From: Thermoplasmata archaeon
Lineage (GTDB): Archaea; Thermoplasmatota; Thermoplasmata; Lutacidiplasmatales; UBA184
Direction of reading: 5' to 3'
Length of the DNA: 64,000 nucleotides
Assembly: GCA_035502455.1 (NCBI GenBank)
Contig: DATJUI010000015.1
Location: 50,249-114,248, forward strand
Part shown: positions 57,083 to 64,000 of the stretch, piece after piece
Numbering within the stretch: position 1 is the first letter of the stretch
How the letters are laid out: every line of letters starts with the position of its first letter
The notes under the pieces: generated by a model
What the model saw: the letters and a program-made list of their open reading frames with translations, nothing else
Databases searched by the model: none
Told to the model about the DNA's origin: nothing
Translations under genes and position numbers: made by a program

Positions 57083-57130
57083 CGCACCGCCGGAGAATCG
57101 CCGCCGGCGGCGGCCCTTCGAAGAAGGTCA

Positions 57131-57140
57131 TTTTTAAATA
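57131..57140 (+). promoter_or_regulatory. TATA box (TTTTTAAATA) of the large surface-protein gene
   Basis: Strong AT-only element ~25 nt before GTG 57165. Confidence 0.7.
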
Positions 57141-57164
57141 CAGGGACTCCGCCTTTCTTCGGTC

Positions 57165-60100
57165 GTGAACCGTTCTTTGGGCCAGCCCTCGTCGACCGGG
57201 GGACCGGTGCTCTGGGACCGTCGATCGACCCGAGGAGCCGTCGTGGCCCTCGTGATCCTGTGCGTCGTGATGGGCGGGATCGCCGGCGTCGCGACCGCGA
57301 CCCACGCGGCCCCCGCGGCCGCGCCGGCTCCGCGCGGCGCCTCGGCCGTGCCGCTCGCCCCGGCCGTCACGAACGGCGACCTCAACGTCACGGGCACGGC
57401 GCCCTACATCATCGGACCGTCCCAGGGGCACGGGACCTACTACCAGGGAGGGAACATCACCGTCCAGCCCGGCGCGACCCTCATCGTCCGCAACACGACG
57501 CTCTCCTTCGTCCAGTACATCGGCTCTCAGGGCTCGATCCCCGAGCGCCTTTCGCACATTTACCGGTTCGTCGACCTCGGGACCGTCGAGTTCTACAACT
57601 CCACCCTCACGACGTTCACGCAGGTCCTCAACCTCTCGGCGAAGCTGTTCGTCTCCGTCACGGGCACGTGGACGGCGTGGAACAGCTCCTTCGAGTTCCC
57701 GGGCTGGTTCAACGTGGCCGGGGCCGGCGCCGTCGCGACGTTCAACGACTCGGCCATCGAGGCGAACCCGGCGATCCCGTTGCTCCCCGAGCCGGCGACC
57801 CTCGTCGGCGACACGGAGTACGCCCCGGTCCTCAACGTCTCGGCCGAAGGCGAGCTCAACCTGTTCGGCAGCTCCTACACCCAGCTCTACGCCGACAACT
57901 GGACGACGAACGGCCAGCCGACGATCCAGCCGCTCGACTACGCGCCCGTTGGCGGCATTGCGATCCCCGTGGCGGGCGTGAACGTGTCGGGCGTGGCGCT
58001 CACCTCGCAGCTCGTCGCGAACTCGACGCAGCTCGCCGAGGACATGCTCTACCCCGCCCAGGCGAGCTCGCTCGTCCTGGCGGTCGACTACACGAGCTCC
58101 AGCGGGACCGCGCAGACCTCCACGATCTACGCCTGGTACGACGGGGCCCGCTACGAGGTCGGCGTCGCCACGTTCGCGGCGGGCACCTCGGCCCAGCTGA
58201 CGTTCCCGCTCGGCGAGGGCTCTGCCCTCGTGCAGGCGATGGCGCGCACGGGCGTGCCGTTCTACGCGCTCGACGACCTCCAGTTCGCCGCGCCGAGCGG
58301 CACCGGCGTCACCCTCAACTCGATCGACGCCACGATGACCCCCGCGCCGAACTTCAACATCACCGCCTACGACCCCGGCGCGACGATCAACGTCGTCGGC
58401 TCCACCCTCGGGCTCAACTGGACCCCGACGATCGCCCAGACGACGATCGCGCCGTGGGAGTCGAACAAGATGGTCGTCACCGACTCCGCGCGCGCCTACC
58501 TCGCCGCGATGTCCGTGCCGTCCGTGATCCCGCAGGTCTCCAGCACCTCGGCGGTCCTCACCACGGACAACGGCGCTGCCGCGTTCTACCGGTGGGCTCA
58601 GTTCAACCTCACGGGGAAGGGCGGGTACCTGCCGATCGACGGGGCGCAGGTCGTCGCCTACCCCGGTCTCAACGCGAGCCAGGGCGCGAACGCGACCGCG
58701 ACCGAGCTCAACGCGCTCGCGACGACGGTGCCGGCGATCTGGCACTATGTCGAGTACCTCGACGCCTCCGCCGGCGCCCCCGGGTACGGGGAGTCGGGCC
58801 GCTCGGGGATCGCGTCGCTCCTCCTCGCCGCCGGTTACCTCGTCGAGCCGACGCTGCCGAACGGCAACTACACGGGCAGCTACCACGTCGGCATCACGAT
58901 CCCGACGCCCACGCCGGCGACCTCCTGGTTCAACTGGACCGTGACCCCCTACCCCGCCGGCGTCGCGAACGGCACGGTCGGCTACGGCACGGCGGACTTC
59001 GCGCCGCCCCAGACGTTCCCGTCGTACTTCGCGTCGATCGGCGTCGCGACGAGCGCGGTGACGTCGAACGGCACCGCCCTCGTGAACAACACCGTCGACG
59101 ACTACCGCGTGCTCGGGATCAACCTCACGATCACGGCGACCGGGACCGCGGACATCTTCAACCTCACGGGGAACCTGAGCTACGGCGGGTCCCCGCCGAT
59201 CGGGATCGCGTCGTTCCCGTTCACGAACGTCACGCTCGCGCCGGGGGCCTCGACCTCGATCCTGTTCACCTGGCTCGTGAACACGAGCGTGACGGGGCTC
59301 CAGGGCTCGGTGAACCACGCGTTCGACGCGACGATCGTCTATAACGGCGGGAGCGCGAAGTACGGCGGCGGCAACGTCTCCCACACGACGCTCGTGAGCA
59401 TCTCGCCGTACGTCGCCCACCTCGCGCCGACGTTCGTCCTCACGGGCAACGGCACCCTGCTGCCGAACAACGACACCGTCCGGATCGGCCAGCGGCTGGG
59501 CGTCAACGTGACCCTCGCCTTCAGCGGGGCCGCGACCGTGACGAGCATCTACGCGGCCGTGTACTACGGCAACACCAACGCCACGACGAAGCCGCTCGGC
59601 ACGTACAACGCGACGCACCTCGCGCTCGACACGCCCGGCGCGACCGTCGCGTTCCAGGTCGACTGGGTCGTGAACGACACGACGGTCGGGCTGCAGACGA
59701 AGACGATCGCCACGAACCTCTACCTGACCCTCGTCTGGAACAACGCCCAGACCGCCGTCGGGGGCAACACCTCGCGGACCGCCGAGCCGATGAACGTCGC
59801 GCCGTCCCAGGTCCGGTTCGTCTCGTTCAACCCGCCGCCCACGACCCTCTCGCTCTCGGGTTCCTACGAGTCGAGCGGGTTCGTCCAGTACAACGGGTCG
59901 GAGTACGCGACGATCACCGTCTCGGCGACCCCCCTGAGCGGCGGGCCGTCGGTCGATGTCGCCTACGGCCTCGCGGGTCCGGACCCGCACGGCGGCCCGG
60001 TCGACTTCGTCGTCGGCTGGAGCACGCTGAGCGGCATCCTGTCGCCGGGGACGACGTACACGCTCACGGCGAACATCTCCTACAACGGGGTCTACCAGGA

Positions 60101-60926
60101 CTATGTCGTGCCGGGCCAGTACTCGGTACCGCCCTCGAGCTCGCCGACGACGGGCATCCTGTTCGAGAAGTTCCTCGGTCTTCCCCTCTGGATCTGGCTC
60201 GCCATCGCGGCCGCGATCGTGGTCGCGATCGTCGCGCTCCTGCTCGTCTCCCGCCGCTCGGCGGCCGGGCGGCTCGTCGAGTGCGGGGAGTGCGGCAACC
60301 TGATCCCCGAGGACGCGACGGTCTGCCCGAAGTGCGGGGCCGAGTTCGAATCGGACCTGATCCGCTGCAGTCGATGCGCCTCCACGATCCCCGCGAACTC
60401 GAAGTTCTGCCCCGAGTGCGCCGCGCAGCTGCTGGGCAAGGCCGGCGAGGGCGGCGAAGAGGCGGAGCGCCAGGGCTACGCGGACTTCACCGAGAAGTAC
60501 CGGGCCGAGGCGAAGCGGGAGCTCGGCGAGAACTACACCGAGGGCTCGTTCTGGGACTGGTGGAAGCGCCAGCCGTCGTACGTCTCCTACAGCCAGTGGA
60601 AGCTCCAGCAGGGCGGCACCTCCCGCGTGGGGATGAGCGCCCCGCCGAGCGGCACCGAGACGAACCCGGCCGCGGCCCCGGGCGCGACCCCGGCAGCCCC
60701 CTCGCCGCCCACCCTGCCGCCGAAGGGCGGCGCGGGCGGCGCGGCCGCCGCGCCGGCGGCCGGCCCGATGACGCCCCCGCCCGCCGCGCCCCCGAAGGCG
60801 GGGGCGCCGCCGCCCGCCGGTGCGGCCGCCCCGAGCGGCGGGGCGCTCAAGCCGTGCCCGAACTGCGGCAACGAGATCCCGCCCGAGTACCTCGTCTGTC
60901 CGTTCTGCGGATCGGTGACGCAGTAG
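57165..60926 (+). CDS. 1253-aa single-pass surface glycoprotein with cytoplasmic double zinc ribbon and C-terminal zinc ribbon
   Basis: Signal peptide, ~36 N-x-S/T sequons, TM LWIWLAIAAAIVVAIVALLLV, four CxxC, Pro/Ala linker, CPNC...CPFC. Confidence 0.88.
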   Translation: MNRSLGQPSSTGGPVLWDRRSTRGAVVALVILCVVMGGIAGVATATHAAPAAAPAPRGASAVPLAPAVTNGDLNVTGTAPYIIGPSQGHGTYYQGGNITVQPGATLIVRNTTLSFVQYIGSQGSIPERLSHIYRFVDLGTVEFYNSTLTTFTQVLNLSAKLFVSVTGTWTAWNSSFEFPGWFNVAGAGAVATFNDSAIEANPAIPLLPEPATLVGDTEYAPVLNVSAEGELNLFGSSYTQLYADNWTTNGQPTIQPLDYAPVGGIAIPVAGVNVSGVALTSQLVANSTQLAEDMLYPAQASSLVLAVDYTSSSGTAQTSTIYAWYDGARYEVGVATFAAGTSAQLTFPLGEGSALVQAMARTGVPFYALDDLQFAAPSGTGVTLNSIDATMTPAPNFNITAYDPGATINVVGSTLGLNWTPTIAQTTIAPWESNKMVVTDSARAYLAAMSVPSVIPQVSSTSAVLTTDNGAAAFYRWAQFNLTGKGGYLPIDGAQVVAYPGLNASQGANATATELNALATTVPAIWHYVEYLDASAGAPGYGESGRSGIASLLLAAGYLVEPTLPNGNYTGSYHVGITIPTPTPATSWFNWTVTPYPAGVANGTVGYGTADFAPPQTFPSYFASIGVATSAVTSNGTALVNNTVDDYRVLGINLTITATGTADIFNLTGNLSYGGSPPIGIASFPFTNVTLAPGASTSILFTWLVNTSVTGLQGSVNHAFDATIVYNGGSAKYGGGNVSHTTLVSISPYVAHLAPTFVLTGNGTLLPNNDTVRIGQRLGVNVTLAFSGAATVTSIYAAVYYGNTNATTKPLGTYNATHLALDTPGATVAFQVDWVVNDTTVGLQTKTIATNLYLTLVWNNAQTAVGGNTSRTAEPMNVAPSQVRFVSFNPPPTTLSLSGSYESSGFVQYNGSEYATITVSATPLSGGPSVDVAYGLAGPDPHGGPVDFVVGWSTLSGILSPGTTYTLTANISYNGVYQDYVVPGQYSVPPSSSPTTGILFEKFLGLPLWIWLAIAAAIVVAIVALLLVSRRSAAGRLVECGECGNLIPEDATVCPKCGAEFESDLIRCSRCASTIPANSKFCPECAAQLLGKAGEGGEEAERQGYADFTEKYRAEAKRELGENYTEGSFWDWWKRQPSYVSYSQWKLQQGGTSRVGMSAPPSGTETNPAAAPGATPAAPSPPTLPPKGGAGGAAAAPAAGPMTPPPAAPPKAGAPPPAGAAAPSGGALKPCPNCGNEIPPEYLVCPFCGSVTQ

Positions 60927-60996
60927 GCGGCCCGCGGCCCCGGGACCCGCTCCTTCCGCGCACCTTTATCCCGCGGCCGGCTTCCGCCGGACGCCG

Positions 60997-62229
60997 ATGC
61001 CGGGCGATCTCGAGCGGGGCCGCCAAAAGGTCGCCTGGGCCGAGGGGCACATGCCGGTCCTCGCCGGCATCCGTCGTCGGTTCGAGGCGGAGCGCCCGTT
61101 CGCCGGCCTCACGGTCTCGATGGTCCTCCACGTCGAGGCGAAGACCGCCGCGCTCGCGCTCGCCGTCCGCGCGGGCGGCGCCGACGTCCGCCTGGCCGCC
61201 GGCAACCCGCTCTCGACCGACGACGACGCCGTCGCTGCCCTGCGGGCGGCCGGCGTCGAGACCCTCGCGGAGAAAGGGGAGTCGCTCGCCGCGTACCGGG
61301 CCGGCATCGAGGCGATGCTCGCCGCCGACCCGGACGTGATCGTCGACGACGGCGCCGACCTGGTCGCCCTCGTCCACACGCGTCGGCACGACCGCGGCAA
61401 GATCCGGGGATCGACGGAGGAGACGACCACGGGCGTGACCCGGTTGAAGGCGCTCGAGCGCGAGGGCCGCCTGCTCTTCCCGGCGATCGACGTCAACGAC
61501 GCCCGGATGAAGCACCTGTTCGACAACCGCTACGGGACGGGCCAGTCGACGCTGGACGGGATCCTCGCGGCGACGAACCTGCTCGTGGCCGGCCGGACCT
61601 GCGTCGTCGCGGGGTACGGCTGGTGCGGCAAGGGGGTCGCCTCGCGCCTCCGCGGCCTCGGGGCCGACGTCGTGGTGACCGAGATCCAGCCGATCCCCGC
61701 GTTCGAGGCGCGCATGGACGGCTTTCGCGTGATGCCGATGCTCGACGCCGCCGCGATCGCCGACCTCATCGTGACCGTGACGGGGAGCGTGGACGTCGTC
61801 CGCGAGCCGCACCTGAGGGTCCTCAAGGACGGCTGCCTGCTCGCGAACGCCGGCCACTTCGACGTCGAGGTCTCGAAGCGCGACCTCGCCGGGCTCGCGG
61901 TCCAGCGCGCGATCGCGCGGCCAAACGTCGAGGAGTACCGGTTCGCCGACGGGCGGCGGGCGTACCTGCTCGGCGACGGCCGCCTCATCAACCTCGCCGC
62001 CGGCCAGGGCCACCCGGTCGAGATCATGGACCTCTCGTTCTCCCTGCAGGCGCTCAGCGCGGAGCACCTCGCGAAGCACGGACCGTCGATGGCCGCGAAG
62101 GTCCACGCCGTCCCGGACGCCCTCGACCTCGCGGTCGCGCGGGCCGCGATGCCGAGCCTGGGGGTCCGGCTCGACGAGCCGACCGAGGCGCAGCTGCGCT
62201 ACGCCGCGAGCTGGGAGGGAGGAACCTGA
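60997..62229 (+). CDS. ahcY: Adenosylhomocysteinase (SAH hydrolase)
   Basis: HMPVL, NPLST, DDGADL, EETTTG, KHLFDNRYGTGQS, GYGWCGKG and GHP.EIMDLSF. Confidence 0.96.
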   Translation: MPGDLERGRQKVAWAEGHMPVLAGIRRRFEAERPFAGLTVSMVLHVEAKTAALALAVRAGGADVRLAAGNPLSTDDDAVAALRAAGVETLAEKGESLAAYRAGIEAMLAADPDVIVDDGADLVALVHTRRHDRGKIRGSTEETTTGVTRLKALEREGRLLFPAIDVNDARMKHLFDNRYGTGQSTLDGILAATNLLVAGRTCVVAGYGWCGKGVASRLRGLGADVVVTEIQPIPAFEARMDGFRVMPMLDAAAIADLIVTVTGSVDVVREPHLRVLKDGCLLANAGHFDVEVSKRDLAGLAVQRAIARPNVEEYRFADGRRAYLLGDGRLINLAAGQGHPVEIMDLSFSLQALSAEHLAKHGPSMAAKVHAVPDALDLAVARAAMPSLGVRLDEPTEAQLRYAASWEGGT

Positions 62230-62624
62230 TGGAGACGTCGAAGGCACCGGACGACCGGAAGTACACGAAGTCGCACGAGTGGGTCCAGCTGGACGGCGAC
62301 CGCGCGACGGTCGGGATCACCGACCACGCCCAGGGCGAGCTCACCGACATCGTGTTCGTCGACCTGCCCGCGCCCGGGAAGTCGTACGCCGCCGGGGCGA
62401 GCGTGCTCGTGCTCGAGTCGGTGAAGACGGTCGCCGACGTCTACGCGCCCGGCGAGGGAACGCTCGAGGCGGCGAACCCCGACCTCAAGTCGCACCCCGA
62501 GTACATCAACCAGGACCCGTACGGCAAGGGCTGGGTCTTTAGGCTCCGCCTCACGCAACCGATCGATCCGGCGACGCTGCTCGACGCGGCCGGCTACCTC
62601 GCGTTCGTCGCCGGCGGGGGTTAG
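62229..62624 (+). CDS. gcvH: Glycine cleavage system H protein (lipoyl carrier)
   Basis: SHEW, VGITDHAQ.EL.DIVFV, ESVK (lipoyl Lys) and IN.DPYG.GW; ATG overlaps the ahcY stop. Confidence 0.94.
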   Translation: METSKAPDDRKYTKSHEWVQLDGDRATVGITDHAQGELTDIVFVDLPAPGKSYAAGASVLVLESVKTVADVYAPGEGTLEAANPDLKSHPEYINQDPYGKGWVFRLRLTQPIDPATLLDAAGYLAFVAGGG

Positions 62625-62626
62625 GG

Positions 62627-64000
62627 CTACTTCCCCTCGAACTTCGGCGGCCGCCGCTCGAGGAAGGCGCGCATCCCCTCGGTCCGGTCCGACGTCCCGA
62701 ACGTCTGGCCCGCCGAGACCCCTTCCAGGTGGAGCGCACCGGCGAGCGACGCGTCGATCCCCTGGTCGATCACCTTCTTCACCCAGCGGACCCCGAGCGG
62801 CGCCCGGCTCGCGATCGTCGTCGCGAGCGCCCGGGTCTCCGCGCGGGCCGTCGCGGCGGGGTAGACCTTCACCACGAACCCCATCCGGTACGCCTCCTCG
62901 GCGGAGACCGGCACGCCCGTGTACGTCAGCAGCTTCGTGCGGGCGCGGCCGATGATCCGGCCGAGCCGGGTCGCGCCGCCCATCCCGGGATGGATGCCGA
63001 CCGTGACCTCGGGGAGGCCGAGCTGCGCGCCCTCGGCCGCGACGATGAAGTCCGCCGCGAGGGCGAGCTCGAGGCCGCCGCCGAGCGCGTACCCCTCGAC
63101 GAGCGCGATCACCGGCGCGGGGAACCGCTCGACCCGCTCGGCGACCCGCTGGCCGACGAAGCCGAAGTCGATCCCCTCGGCGAGCGTCTTGCGCTCCATC
63201 TCGGCGATGTCGGCGCCGGCCGCGAACACCGGCGACGAGCCGGCGAGGACCACGACCCGCACGCCGTGGTCGTGCTCGAGCGAGCGGAACGCGGCGTCGA
63301 TCTGCTCGAGGAGCTCGCTGTTGAGCGAGTTCAGCACCTCGGGTCGATCGAGCAGGACCCAGGCGATCGGTCCGTCGCGCTCGACCCGCACGAGGCGCAG
63401 CGGCCAGCTCCGCTCCCCCCGGGCGGCCCGCTCGCGCAACGACTGGGAGACGGGGAAGTTGCCCGGCCACCGGTGCGCGTACGCCTCGACGAGGGCCAAT
63501 CCCTCGGGAACGCCGATCTGGGAGAGCTGGGCGAACGGACCGACGGACCGTCGCAGCCCGACGACCGCCCCCCGATCGACCGCTTCCGGCGTCGCCACGC
63601 CCTCCTCGACGAGGCGGGTCGCGATGCCCAGCGTCAGCCCGAGCAGCCGGTCCCGGACGGCCGCCTTCTGGGCCGGGTCGACCTCGGTCGTCCGCCACGG
63701 CCACGGCTGCCCGGCCCGGAACTGCTGCTCGAGGAGCCGGGCGGGGGCGTAGGCCGGGCCGAACGACCGGTAGAGCGAGCTCTCGGCGTGGAAGGCGATC
63801 GGGATGCCGGTGACGTTCATCAGCTCGAACGGCCCGAGCGAGGCGCCGAACGTCTCCCGCCCGACCTCCTCGATCGTCGCGAGGCTGGCGACCCCCTCCT
63901 CCGCGAGCCGGGCCGCCTCGTTGAGGTACGGCACGAAGTAGCGGTTGACGCAGAACCCGGCGGCATCGAGCGTCCGGATCGGGATCTTGCGGAGCAGGAA
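62627..64000 (-). CDS. 3-hydroxyacyl-CoA dehydrogenase / enoyl-CoA hydratase fusion (5' end beyond the window)
   Basis: GFCVNRYFVPYLNEA and GPFELMN (HCDH C-domains), then DRPEVLN, FAAGADI, ALGGGLE and GLPEV..GI.PG.G (crotonase). Confidence 0.92.
   Translation of the reverse strand, partial: FLLRKIPIRTLDAAGFCVNRYFVPYLNEAARLAEEGVASLATIEEVGRETFGASLGPFELMNVTGIPIAFHAESSLYRSFGPAYAPARLLEQQFRAGQPWPWRTTEVDPAQKAAVRDRLLGLTLGIATRLVEEGVATPEAVDRGAVVGLRRSVGPFAQLSQIGVPEGLALVEAYAHRWPGNFPVSQSLRERAARGERSWPLRLVRVERDGPIAWVLLDRPEVLNSLNSELLEQIDAAFRSLEHDHGVRVVVLAGSSPVFAAGADIAEMERKTLAEGIDFGFVGQRVAERVERFPAPVIALVEGYALGGGLELALAADFIVAAEGAQLGLPEVTVGIHPGMGGATRLGRIIGRARTKLLTYTGVPVSAEEAYRMGFVVKVYPAATARAETRALATTIASRAPLGVRWVKKVIDQGIDASLAGALHLEGVSAGQTFGTSDRTEGMRAFLERRPPKFEGK

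Noticed and set aside
60660..60845. GC-rich low-complexity tract as a repeat element
   Set aside because: It simply encodes the Pro/Ala linker of the surface protein's tail.
281..63752. Many very long alternative-frame or antisense ORFs (e.g. 281-2188, 3398-6337, 13841-17116, 18679-22524, 56757-59990)
   Set aside because: Arg/Gly/Pro-rich shadow frames expected at this GC content; each overlaps a motif-supported gene.

Overview
Very GC-rich, gene-dense archaeal chromosomal segment. The marker set (eS17, aRF1, stand-alone Kae1, TYW1, ArcTGT, Trm11, RFC small subunit, geranylgeranyl reductase, Sec61beta/SecG, DUF5611) points by inference to a high-GC Thermoplasmatota lineage. I support about 60 CDS and one tRNA (Arg-CCT); I found no rRNA, CRISPR array, integrase or transposase. 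Most long ORFs in the supplied track are GC-driven shadow frames. The most unusual locus is a three-gene operon at 654-6332: a MIDAS-vWA/TPR-like protein, a divergent TRAFAC-type GTPase with all five G motifs, and a translationally coupled ~996-aa protein with a possible GAP1/DENN(longin)-like N-terminus, a Pro-rich hinge and a very long coiled coil. Other notable items: a long bactofilin-like beta-solenoid with a wHTH partner; a BlaI + sensor-less M56/M48 protease + surface-protein trio; a CBS-CGL-cysS operon whose CysRS has Asp at a normally Cys zinc ligand; a decayed toxin-antitoxin pair in a compositionally atypical island at the tRNA 3' end; a candidate PadR operator; and a large surface glycoprotein with a cytoplasmic zinc-ribbon tail. 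All family calls come from motif recognition by eye; no database searches were run.
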